Positions 44,573-53,816 of a DNA stretch of 58,139 nt are shown here, in pieces. Numbering within the stretch: the first letter of the stretch is position 1; each line of letters begins with the position of its first letter. The position numbers were made by a program, and so were the translations under genes. A model generated the notes under the pieces. That model was not told where the DNA came from, did not search any database, and worked only from the letters and a program-made list of their open reading frames with translations. Source of the stretch: Bacteroidaceae bacterium (GTDB lineage Bacteria; Bacteroidota; Bacteroidia; Bacteroidales; Bacteroidaceae); contig JAFTTA010000204.1 in assembly GCA_017467015.1 (NCBI GenBank), positions 1 to 58,139 on the forward strand, read 5' to 3'.

Positions 44573-47500
44573 TTATTGTTCAATCAATGGCTGGTTCAAC
44601 AAACTTCTTCCCCAAGTGTTTCCATTGCGAAGCTCACCTCCATGGTTCACCACATACTCTTTTTTGTTGAAGTCGTATGCATTTACACGGTAGCATTGCA
44701 ATATGGCTTTTGTCATCGCTTCCCGTTTACCTTTGTAGTTATATCGACAAGCAGGAACAATCTTTGTCTGCTGACCATTATAATATGTTTCGTAATCAAG
44801 TTCTCCGCCAATGAAACTATACCATATATTCTCGCACAGTTCCTCTTGAGGACGGGCGTCGTCGTCGCTGTCGAATGCATCGAAACTTGCCCACATGTTT
44901 ATTGCCTTTGCATCGCCGCTGTTACGGAACTGCGAACCCCATAGCACAGCAAACTGATAATATGGAACTTGTGCCATGGCACCATAGCTCGAAGCGAAGG
45001 TCGCGTATGTTCCTGTGCGGTTCTCTGCCCATTGCTTCACTTTGTCCACATTTGAGCCATTGTATTGGTTGCCACCAAGTTCTTGTACCTCTTGAGCATA
45101 TGACGTGCAGAGAGCGTCCATGTTTCTTGCCACTGAGTATATGGCACCAAGGCTCTCGGTAATGTTCCTATAGTTGTCGCGGGAGTTGCTTGCAGGAATA
45201 TATTCGCATATTCTCTCAAGACCATCCTGCATGTAAGAGTAGCGTGGGTCGCTCGGGACAGGCAAAGGATATTGTGCATATCTTTGCCACTGTTTCTTGT
45301 CGTAAATGGAGATGTCGCGTATCTTCGAAACTCCGTTGACAATTCCATAGGCAAGTGCTTTGCTTTTAGCGCAGAATCCTTCATACACGCCTCCATTGTC
45401 GGTGTATATTAACGATTGCGAGGTCGTTGCCATACATCCCAGACGGCTGTTGGTGAGTTTGTAGCCACCTACAAAGGCATAGTTGCTGAGGTAACTCAGA
45501 TATATGTATGGGTCGTTCAGACGCAACATTTCACCCTTGTCGTTCTTGGGGCATGAGTATAGTGACAGGGTAATGTCGTCCCAATTGTCAGGGTCTTTGT
45601 AGTCAAATTCCACCTCTTCTATACACGCACCGATGAAGGGCTTTTCATACTCAAGGTTTATTCTTGAACCATCAGCAAGTTTATATCCTGTGCGCCAATT
45701 GCCGTCAACCGCTTTCAGTTCCATATGTGCAAGTGTGGTGGTGTCTACCACTATCACGTTCTTTGTTTCGTATGTGACTGTAGTCCTGCGCGACAATGTG
45801 GTGGTGCTCAATTCGGGTGTTATTGGCGACTTAATTCTTTTTACCGATGATTTCAGATAGACAAGCTTAAGCAAATATCTTTCGTTCTCCTCTATGTCGG
45901 TAAATTCCTCTTGAGGCTGCATGTTGCAAGTACTATCTGTTACAATCCATTTATTTTCGGATTTCTGTTTCAGTTCGTAGACAATATTTATATTATCTTT
46001 TGTGTTTATTAAACCGGATTTAGAGGAACCGGATTTTACCGTATATAGCTGCCACTCCAGCTTGCCTTCGTTGTAGCACTTGCCTTGCAGGTTCTTGCGA
46101 AGAGCAATGTTGGGGTTGTTTATATCTTTTATATACGCTTTCTGTATGCTGCTCTCTGTTTTCAGCTTGTTGAAGTACGATGGGTAGGCGATGGCAACAT
46201 ACTCCTCAAGGTTGGGGCAATCTTCAATTGCTTCCTCATCCTTTGTGCAGAAGTAGTACTCTTTTTCCTGGTACCAAGGAACACGCTTGTATTCGTGTGC
46301 TTCTTCGTCCCACTTCAACGGGTCGTCTTCTATACCATCGTATAGCTCCATTGCATATCCACCTACAATAAGCTTGTAGTAACAGCCGGGGTTCAGCTCT
46401 TTTATGTTCATTATATGCTCTGTACGCTCCGATCTCTTCAGCGCAAAAATACGTGTCGTTGGGTTCTCATCATCTTCGCTCTTGTATTCAATCAGTGAAA
46501 CAAATGGCATTGCATGGAACACAAATGTGCGGCTGGCTTGTGCTTTGAGATTTTCTTTGTCTCCTTCATAGTCGTGGGCGAGGATGTTTAGCTCTGTCTC
46601 GTCCAAAACTCTGAAATGTTCATCGACTGTAGCCTGTGTGTAGAATTTGGGCAACGATGCTATTTCGGAGTTAATGGCATTGTCTTTGTTCCAACCATTG
46701 CTCTTTATTGTATCGCCTATCGAGCAGTCGCCCAGCAGTTCGAAATTGTCGAGCGCATTTCCATAGAATACATCGCAGACATCGCCACATTCAAACTCGA
46801 ATTTGCGGTTTATAGATACCAATCCCGAGAGCAATCTCAGTTTTACGCGTGCAGCTCCTGTGAAGTATGTGGGGTTGGGACCACCCATGCGCAGTACACC
46901 ACCGATACCTGCGTCGAGTATGTCGAGACGTGTATCCCAGAATCCCAAGTCAATCTTCAATCCAAATTTTGCATATAGGTAGGCATACAGTTGTCCTTCG
47001 CCGTACCAACCGTTGTATCCGGGTGTGCGGCTTATATTCATACAGCTTGCGTTGGAGAGGTGTCGCAATGACATGTCGAAGCCGGCAATGGCTCCCATTT
47101 CGCCATAGAATAGTCCGAGGTCTACGTCAACATATCCCCACATCGATGCACCAAGCATCAAACCGCCGTTAACCTGTGCTTTGAAGTTGGCAAGTGCCTC
47201 TGTACGTGCTTTGTTGGCTTTTGACATGTCGTCGCTCTGCACACCCGACCCTTTTGTCGAGCCATCGAGGAATTGCTGTATCTTTTCGGGGATGGGTGGT
47301 AGCTCGCCGTCGCCGGGAAGTTCGTTTCCTAAGCAGAGATATGCATTTGCACCGATGTTCACCGATACTATCGGCGATTTAAAATCAATCCATGTAAATG
47401 TACAACGTTTGTCCTCAGCCGGTTCTCCTATGTACACATGCCATTTTGCCTTTGGCAGTTCCTTGCCTTCTGCTTTTGTGGTCACTTTAAAATCAAGTTG

Positions 47501-50500
47501 TATTGAGGCTCCCCCGACCTTCATCGAAGTCGATTTCTGTGCCTCTTCTTTCTTCTTCTCGGCCTCTTTCTTTGTGTCGCTGTCGGCTTCGCTATCCGAG
47601 GCATCGGCAAAGTCGCTAAGCCCTGCCGTCACTCCGGTTACAATGCTTTCGGCTTCGCTGTTTAGCTCTTTCAGTTTGCTTTCGAAATCACCCAATTGCT
47701 CTTCACCAATAATGTCGCTTACACCATCAATGCCTGTATCAACTGTGATGTTCAGCGAAAAGTATTCGTCGCTCTCATCGTGTTGATAGACGATACTTGC
47801 TTTGGAATCGACAAGGCCACCGATGACCTTGATGCCTCCCGTGAAAATAAATGTTGACAGACGGTCATTCTTATTATCATAGACGACAGTCATCTCAAAG
47901 CTACCGTTTAGTGTGTTTTCACCAGCCGATGTAGATAGTTTCATTCCGGCAATGACACCGATAATGCCCTTTTTCGGTGTTGCTTCGGTGTCGGATTTCT
48001 TTACGCAGTTGAAATAGAAACCTCCTTTTATCTCGTTCAGCACGACTGGGTCAAATCGTACACCCGCGGAACTGCCCAGCAAAATGTTGAAATATCCCCA
48101 AGTATAATCCTCAAGTTCGAAGTATCCTCCATTGGCATCCACGGTGAACAAATCGCCAGGCATTGTGAATTTAAGGCTTCCGCTGTAGCCTTTGCCGCGT
48201 GCGTCACCACCGCTGGCGACATTCAGTTCTCCTTTGAGTGTCATTCCGGCAAATGAGGAATTGAATGCGGCCTTGTTGAATTCCAAACCGTCGTATTCTA
48301 TTCCTATTTTCGAGAAATCTATCTCTCCGCTTATTCCTGTAATCTTCGACTTTATGGAAAGTCCGGCTGTTGCACTAAGGTCTATGCCTTCGATGAGTTT
48401 CACTGTTCCTTCGAGGTATAGCTTCATACCGGTGCCTTCAAAATCGAATTTGTAGTCGTCGAGTGAGAAGTTGAACGGGCCGAGTGATTGGCTTGCTACG
48501 CTCTTTTTCTCCTCTGCCCGTGCCGGGGCATAAGGCGATGGACCGTGTGTTGCGTAGAGTGTCTCTTCGCTGTTTTGTGTAAATGCTTGATCGTCGCTTT
48601 CGGGGCGCGATGCAAGTGACCAGTCACCTGAGTTGAAGTAGAAATTGTCGCCTACCTTGAACTGTTTGTTTTTGCACAGTTCCATGAGTATCTCGGCATT
48701 GTCCTTGCCGTTTTGCAGCTCTTTCTCATACTTCGACTCCCATAGGTCGCAGTTGGCAATGCGCATCTTTGCAAAATGTATGCCGGGGATGCTGAAACTG
48801 AGTCCTAGGTCGTTTACTTTATCTTGCAAATAGTCTGTGCCGCCAATGGTGAGTGTTCCTCCCATCAGCAACTCTACCTTAGTTTTCAGTTTTTCGCCTT
48901 CGGGCTCAGCCTCCAGAAGCAGATAGGTCAGGTTCTTGTCTATGTCGGCTTCGGCAAGAATGAAGTCGAAGTTTATATTGTCAATCTGTTGTGTCTTGAA
49001 AATGTAGGCATAGTCGCCTGCCTTGCTTTTTGTGCTGTCGCCGAGGTTTATTATGCGACATTCGTATCCTACGGTGCCTTCTACAAGGGGCACGTCGAAT
49101 TTTCCGCTGAAATTACAGTAGTTGAAGTTGTTCTGTATAAATTCGAGGTTCACCTTGTCGAGTGAGAACGACCAACCGCCTGCCTTGCCGGTTGTCGCCG
49201 ACAGGATGTTTTTTGCACCCACCATCAATGTGGCTCCCGACTTGTCGATGAACATCTCTTCGGCGCTGATAGAGCAACGTTTGTCGCTGCTTTCGCCGAA
49301 CTCGAGCGCTTCGGGCATCTTCACGCCCACTTTCTTTATGTACAATCCCTGCCAGGAGTCTATGTCACCCACCGTCAGCGACTTCTCTTTGTCGTAGGCG
49401 TCGGGGAACTTGCCCATGTGTGTCGAGTTGCGATAGCTCGAGTGGTCGTAGACGATATCTTCGGCTGTGAAGGTCCATCCCGGCATATCCTCTGCCTGGA
49501 AGGGGTCTATGGTCACTTGGTCCACCATCCAATCGTCCCAGCTGCCTATGCTTGTCTTTATTTTTAGTACAGGCATTTCGTCGGTGACCTTGCCGGCTAC
49601 CTCTTTCTTCAGTCCGGGGATTTTCATCTCCACGTCGAGTCCCAGTAACTCCAACGAATAGTCTTTCCATGCTATGTAGCAGCCATCGTTGGGCTTCAGT
49701 ACATTCTCGGGCGCGTTGAACGTCATTTCGTATGACGATTTCGGGTCGAGTATAGTGAAGTCGGAGAGCAATGCAAGTGTTCCTCCCTCGGGAATAATCT
49801 TGTCGGGCGAAACGCAAAGACGCGGTGCACCGAATATCAGAATGTCATTTTTCAGGTAGTTTGAGCCGGGGAGGGTAAACTCGCCGATGAGGTCCATGGT
49901 GGCATATTCTGCCGAGAATTTCATTGATGAAATCTGAATATCCACAGGGGTTGAGTTTATCTCTTTGGGCAGTGCCACTGGGAAATACAGTTCGTCTACG
50001 TCGCCTTTACCTATAAGGTCGCACACAACGCCGCCTTTCTTTACATAAGAGTAGTATTTGCTTATGTCTATCTTTTTGGCAAGGTCCTTTACTGCTCCTG
50101 TTGCTGACGATTGCAGATACTCGGCATAGGGGATGCCTGTGTCGGCAATGAGGTTGTCGATGCCCCAGTCGCTGAATAGTGAGTCGACCACTTGTGAGTC
50201 GCCTATGCTCGACTCGGCATATGTGGTGGCTGTTCCTTCATAAACAGCGTAGTCGCTGTTGATTTTCAGGTCGCTGAACTTAACGCACACCATGACGGTG
50301 GTTCCCATCGGGTTCCACTCGATGCGTCCTTTGCCTTTCCAGGTATTCTCGCTTGCACTGCTAATGTCGTCGAGCGTGAGCTGATATTCGCCTATGGATA
50401 TTGTTTTCCCTTTCAATTCGTCGGCTTTGGCTTTGATGGGCTCTTTGTTGCTGATTTCTACCATGTTCGAGCACTCGAAGTATTTTCTGCTCAGCTGCTC

Positions 50501-51982
50501 GGCTATGGCAAAATCGACAATGTTCTGGTCGCCGGTGAACGCTACCGACTTGCCGTTCACGCACTCGGGCACAATGCGCAATACCATGTAGTCGCCATCT
50601 TTTGTTATGTTCTTAAGGCTGTCCCATGGTATGCTGTCGCTTAGTTGTGTGCTGTGTTCATCGAAATATTTTGTGTATATGGGCTTGCCTTGCAGTGTTG
50701 CCTCTTTGTCGGCAGTGCCGCCGTTGTTGAAGAGCTCCAGTTTGTAGGCAAATTTAAGCGTGTCGGCACGCTGACCCTCGCCGCCAATGAAAAAGACATT
50801 GTCCCACGACATTTTCAGAGGTTTGCTCATCAGATGTTTGCGAGCTGCTATTGAAAGGAATGTGGGTGATGTTATCTTGGGGTTGCGGAATGTATAGAGC
50901 GAGTCGGCGCAGATGCTGTCCGTGACATCTACGTTACCAAGCAGTTTGAAATATCCTTTGCCGCTGTCGTCATCATCGCTGCTACTGCCGCCGCCGGTCT
51001 TGTTGTTGTCGTCGTCATCGTCATTATCATCGTCATCATTGCCTTTGCTTGTCTTTATGCGGAACTGACGGTAGTTGCTCTTGCCGTTGTTTTCGATTTG
51101 CACGTAGCTCATGGCAGCATTCTTGCTGCTCTTGGCAGTAACACAGGCAACGTATGTCTTGTCGGCGTAGAATTTATTTGTTATGATGTTTGTGGGTATA
51201 ACACATGAAGGGACAACCAATGATGTTGCCTGAAAAGCTATGGGGTTGTTGTCCATTGCGTAGTCGGGCTGTTGTCCGGGTGTCAACTCCACAACCTTGA
51301 AGTCGTATGTGTAGGAACTGAAGTCCGATGCACAAGGGATGACCGGTGCGCTCCATGTGAATTGGGCAAAAAGAGGGTCGAGGTCGGCTATTTCGCTATT
51401 CTCAGTGCCAATGAGCATGGGGGTGAGTATTTGCGGCGCTTGTGCATTGTAGCATACTCTAAAAGTGGCAATACCACCGGCCGGGTTACTCATTGCCAAT
51501 GGGTTGGTGGCGGGTGTCTCGTTCCATTTGTAGGCGTTGATGTGTATCTTGTAGTATCCCTCGGGCAGCAAACCGAATGAGCCGCTCTCGTAGTCGGAGA
51601 AAAGGTTTACCGGGCAGCTTATTTCGTTAGCCGGTATATGGTTGAACAGTTTCTTCATCTCCACCGTTGTCAACTGATATGTAGAGTTAGGTTGTATGGT
51701 GAAGGGTGTCTTTGGTTGGCGCTTGGGTGGGGTAGTAATAGAAAGGTCCGATGCCGGCGCGGTCTGCTCCATGTGCAGAGCAAGATATACCTGTTGTGCT
51801 TCGGCACCGGTGTTTGTAAGTGATATGTTGAAATATTTTCCCGGGTCGTTTATGTAGAGAAGCACCTGTGGTGGCAACACCTGCTGCACGGGAGTGACAT
51901 TGACCACAATCTCTTGTGCTACGATGCTGATGCTGCATAGTAGTGCTATAAGAAGTGTCGCAATGAATTTATATATTCTCAT
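44573..51982 (-). CDS. 2469-aa secreted giant protein of unknown family, no T9SS CTD; operon gene 3
   Basis: ATG at 51982. Signal peptide MRIYKFIATLLIALLCSISIVAQ. N-terminal Ig-like modules, a poly-Asp/Asn linker, then a long beta-rich body with a Lys/Glu/Asp-rich linker. The C-terminus (..GNTWGRSLLNQPLIEQ) does not resemble a CTD. Confidence 0.88.
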   Translation of the reverse strand: MRIYKFIATLLIALLCSISIVAQEIVVNVTPVQQVLPPQVLLYINDPGKYFNISLTNTGAEAQQVYLALHMEQTAPASDLSITTPPKRQPKTPFTIQPNSTYQLTTVEMKKLFNHIPANEISCPVNLFSDYESGSFGLLPEGYYKIHINAYKWNETPATNPLAMSNPAGGIATFRVCYNAQAPQILTPMLIGTENSEIADLDPLFAQFTWSAPVIPCASDFSSYTYDFKVVELTPGQQPDYAMDNNPIAFQATSLVVPSCVIPTNIITNKFYADKTYVACVTAKSSKNAAMSYVQIENNGKSNYRQFRIKTSKGNDDDDNDDDDDNNKTGGGSSSDDDDSGKGYFKLLGNVDVTDSICADSLYTFRNPKITSPTFLSIAARKHLMSKPLKMSWDNVFFIGGEGQRADTLKFAYKLELFNNGGTADKEATLQGKPIYTKYFDEHSTQLSDSIPWDSLKNITKDGDYMVLRIVPECVNGKSVAFTGDQNIVDFAIAEQLSRKYFECSNMVEISNKEPIKAKADELKGKTISIGEYQLTLDDISSASENTWKGKGRIEWNPMGTTVMVCVKFSDLKINSDYAVYEGTATTYAESSIGDSQVVDSLFSDWGIDNLIADTGIPYAEYLQSSATGAVKDLAKKIDISKYYSYVKKGGVVCDLIGKGDVDELYFPVALPKEINSTPVDIQISSMKFSAEYATMDLIGEFTLPGSNYLKNDILIFGAPRLCVSPDKIIPEGGTLALLSDFTILDPKSSYEMTFNAPENVLKPNDGCYIAWKDYSLELLGLDVEMKIPGLKKEVAGKVTDEMPVLKIKTSIGSWDDWMVDQVTIDPFQAEDMPGWTFTAEDIVYDHSSYRNSTHMGKFPDAYDKEKSLTVGDIDSWQGLYIKKVGVKMPEALEFGESSDKRCSISAEEMFIDKSGATLMVGAKNILSATTGKAGGWSFSLDKVNLEFIQNNFNYCNFSGKFDVPLVEGTVGYECRIINLGDSTKSKAGDYAYIFKTQQIDNINFDFILAEADIDKNLTYLLLEAEPEGEKLKTKVELLMGGTLTIGGTDYLQDKVNDLGLSFSIPGIHFAKMRIANCDLWESKYEKELQNGKDNAEILMELCKNKQFKVGDNFYFNSGDWSLASRPESDDQAFTQNSEETLYATHGPSPYAPARAEEKKSVASQSLGPFNFSLDDYKFDFEGTGMKLYLEGTVKLIEGIDLSATAGLSIKSKITGISGEIDFSKIGIEYDGLEFNKAAFNSSFAGMTLKGELNVASGGDARGKGYSGSLKFTMPGDLFTVDANGGYFELEDYTWGYFNILLGSSAGVRFDPVVLNEIKGGFYFNCVKKSDTEATPKKGIIGVIAGMKLSTSAGENTLNGSFEMTVVYDNKNDRLSTFIFTGGIKVIGGLVDSKASIVYQHDESDEYFSLNITVDTGIDGVSDIIGEEQLGDFESKLKELNSEAESIVTGVTAGLSDFADASDSEADSDTKKEAEKKKEEAQKSTSMKVGGASIQLDFKVTTKAEGKELPKAKWHVYIGEPAEDKRCTFTWIDFKSPIVSVNIGANAYLCLGNELPGDGELPPIPEKIQQFLDGSTKGSGVQSDDMSKANKARTEALANFKAQVNGGLMLGASMWGYVDVDLGLFYGEMGAIAGFDMSLRHLSNASCMNISRTPGYNGWYGEGQLYAYLYAKFGLKIDLGFWDTRLDILDAGIGGVLRMGGPNPTYFTGAARVKLRLLSGLVSINRKFEFECGDVCDVFYGNALDNFELLGDCSIGDTIKSNGWNKDNAINSEIASLPKFYTQATVDEHFRVLDETELNILAHDYEGDKENLKAQASRTFVFHAMPFVSLIEYKSEDDENPTTRIFALKRSERTEHIMNIKELNPGCYYKLIVGGYAMELYDGIEDDPLKWDEEAHEYKRVPWYQEKEYYFCTKDEEAIEDCPNLEEYVAIAYPSYFNKLKTESSIQKAYIKDINNPNIALRKNLQGKCYNEGKLEWQLYTVKSGSSKSGLINTKDNINIVYELKQKSENKWIVTDSTCNMQPQEEFTDIEENERYLLKLVYLKSSVKRIKSPITPELSTTTLSRRTTVTYETKNVIVVDTTTLAHMELKAVDGNWRTGYKLADGSRINLEYEKPFIGACIEEVEFDYKDPDNWDDITLSLYSCPKNDKGEMLRLNDPYIYLSYLSNYAFVGGYKLTNSRLGCMATTSQSLIYTDNGGVYEGFCAKSKALAYGIVNGVSKIRDISIYDKKQWQRYAQYPLPVPSDPRYSYMQDGLERICEYIPASNSRDNYRNITESLGAIYSVARNMDALCTSYAQEVQELGGNQYNGSNVDKVKQWAENRTGTYATFASSYGAMAQVPYYQFAVLWGSQFRNSGDAKAINMWASFDAFDSDDDARPQEELCENIWYSFIGGELDYETYYNGQQTKIVPACRYNYKGKREAMTKAILQCYRVNAYDFNKKEYVVNHGGELRNGNTWGRSLLNQPLIEQ
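50962..51043 (-). repeat. GAY/AAY trinucleotide-rich tract encoding NDDDDNDDDDDNNKTGGGSSSDDDDS
   Basis: Runs of gtc/atc/gtt triplets on the plus strand, inside the 2469-aa CDS. Confidence 0.9.
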
Positions 51983-52033
51983 ACCTGTTTCTCTTTTTTA
52001 CTATAGTGTGTATAATCCAAATCCCCGCCTTAT

Positions 52034-53749
52034 TTACAACGCGGCTCTTTCCTTGCTTTTCTTTTTTATGCTGAACAGACTGAATGTGTAGAGATAATTC
52101 AGACTGATGGTGGTGTCGGTACAGTCGAGTCCGCTGCGTGTTTGCGAAATGTTTACATCGCCATATTTACTGAACCCTGCCATTGCCGAGAATACATGTA
52201 CTTTTTTATATGTGTAGCTTGCCGATAGGTCGGTTGCGAGCGACAGGCTTTTCGATGTGTATCTCATTTCGTTGTAGCATAGCGACAGACTAGCCGACAG
52301 GTTCAGACTGTTGTCTTTCAGGAACGAGCGTGATGCCGACAGTGAGGCTACATCGCTTATGTATTCCGACCTGTATCCTGCGGATTGTTGATGGCTGTAA
52401 GTGATTGTGAAGTCTGTGACCCAGGGCTTCACGTCTATGTTGTATGAGCAACCGATGGCTTTGGTCTTTACATCGCCTATGCCGGTTGCGTATTTGTTCA
52501 GGTCTTCGTTCTTTGAGTAGTTCAGCGACAGGCTTGCATTGTGTCCCAGATTGTCGGTTTCGTACATGAATGAGGGTGTGAGGCTTATTCCCGACATCAG
52601 ACGCTTTATCTTTATGCTGTCGTTTATGTGCATTGTTCCGTCGCGCTGTGTCTGCAGGTAGCCGTTATAGGATGCGCTGAGGTTGAAATAATCGTTTATG
52701 CGGGTCGATGCACTGAGGGCATATATGTAGCCGCAGGTGGTGTACATCTGTTCTCCCGAGAGGTTGTCCTCCTGCCCCGAGAATATTGCCGAAAGGGCTA
52801 TCCTTTTAAACAGGAAGGTGTTTACCGACACAGCAAGGCTGTGATAGTTGTTTGATATGTGGTAGGTACCCAATGATGTGTAGTCGGGTTGTATCATTCT
52901 GTAGCTGAGGCTTGCATTGAAGCCGGGCAGCATGAAGTTTGCGTTCACGTCGCCGGCAAAGCGCACGAGTGAACTGTATCGTGTGTCGAATACTTTGTCA
53001 AATGATGTGGAGGTGGCTATTTTTTCGGCTTCGCTGTCTTTGTTCAGAATCGATGTGGCAGCGTTTGCCGTCAGCGAGAACCATGACAGCGGTGTCACGC
53101 AGCCTTTTACTCCGAGAACAAGGTTTTCTTGCGGTCGCACTATCTCGCGCCACTCTTGGTCGAGTGAATGTCTGCTGTCGTATGCACGTAACAGATATAC
53201 ATCTATATAATTCTTGCCACTTCCATAACCGCTTTTTATTCCCCAACCCATTCTCTTGTATTGTGGGGCGCGGGCAAACGGGTCTGTGGGGTCGTCGTTA
53301 ATGGCGTTGCGCAGTCGTCCGTAGAATGCTCCGGCGCGCCATTTGTCGTCGTTATACTCTATGCCTACTCCGTTGAACGACATGTTCATCACATAGTTGC
53401 TCATGGATATGTTTGAAAGACCTATGTGACCTGTCCAGTTCTTATACGATGGGGTGAGGTTGAAAGATATTTTCGGATAGTTGAAGTTGAGGTTGTCGTT
53501 GCTGTAATAAAATGAGAATGGCATGTTTATGCCGAATGTACTGATGTTGAGCGTTGCATATACTGTGTTGCTCATGGGCGAAGCATATCCGTTACCTACC
53601 GATGAGTTGCGGTAGGTATTCATAGTTCCTATTGTACCCGATATTATCAATGGGTCGCTGTTGGCTATGTCAGATATGTTCTGTCCTGCCAGTGGTATAT
53701 GTAGCAGGAACAACATAGCCGTTGTTAGGCAAAGGATATGTTTGCGCAT
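52034..53749 (-). CDS. Predicted outer-membrane beta-barrel protein (~571 aa), family unknown; operon gene 2
   Basis: The ATG at 53749 gives MRKHILCLTTAMLFLLHIPLAGQ, a signal peptide. The ORF-track TTG at 53809 adds 20 non-signal residues. The whole length shows alternating hydrophobic/polar ~10-aa strands rich in Y/S/N/G (..ASLSYRMIQ.., ..LSASYNGYLQ.., ..ASLSLNYSK.., ..TISLNYLYTF..). Confidence 0.75.
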   Translation of the reverse strand: MRKHILCLTTAMLFLLHIPLAGQNISDIANSDPLIISGTIGTMNTYRNSSVGNGYASPMSNTVYATLNISTFGINMPFSFYYSNDNLNFNYPKISFNLTPSYKNWTGHIGLSNISMSNYVMNMSFNGVGIEYNDDKWRAGAFYGRLRNAINDDPTDPFARAPQYKRMGWGIKSGYGSGKNYIDVYLLRAYDSRHSLDQEWREIVRPQENLVLGVKGCVTPLSWFSLTANAATSILNKDSEAEKIATSTSFDKVFDTRYSSLVRFAGDVNANFMLPGFNASLSYRMIQPDYTSLGTYHISNNYHSLAVSVNTFLFKRIALSAIFSGQEDNLSGEQMYTTCGYIYALSASTRINDYFNLSASYNGYLQTQRDGTMHINDSIKIKRLMSGISLTPSFMYETDNLGHNASLSLNYSKNEDLNKYATGIGDVKTKAIGCSYNIDVKPWVTDFTITYSHQQSAGYRSEYISDVASLSASRSFLKDNSLNLSASLSLCYNEMRYTSKSLSLATDLSASYTYKKVHVFSAMAGFSKYGDVNISQTRSGLDCTDTTISLNYLYTFSLFSIKKKSKERAAL

Positions 53750-53778
53750 ATTTTTTCTATGGTTTATAGAAACATAGT

Positions 53779-53810
53779 ATTGCAGTACCGGACTACTCCG
53801 GTACTGCAAT
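53779..53810 (-). promoter_or_regulatory. Perfect 13-bp stem-loop between operon genes 1 and 2
   Basis: attgcagtaccgg-actact-ccggtactgcaat starts 6 nt after the gene-1 stop codon (TAA at 53817-53819 on the minus strand). No U tract follows it on the minus strand. Confidence 0.8.
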
Positions 53811-53816
53811 GTTTGG

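Noticed and set aside
44573-51982. Idea that the 2469-aa protein is the T9SS translocon SprA/Sov, which has similar length
   Set aside because: I see no resemblance to the SprA pattern as I remember it. The C-terminus is not barrel-like, and there are internal acidic and Lys-rich linkers and Ig-like N-terminal modules. SprA is not normally embedded in such an operon. It still needs a profile search, which is listed as a refutation test.
44573-51982. GSSAG (GxSxG) in the giant protein as a lipase or esterase nucleophile elbow
   Set aside because: A single short motif in 2469 aa is expected by chance. I recognised no Asp or His partners and no alpha/beta-hydrolase context.
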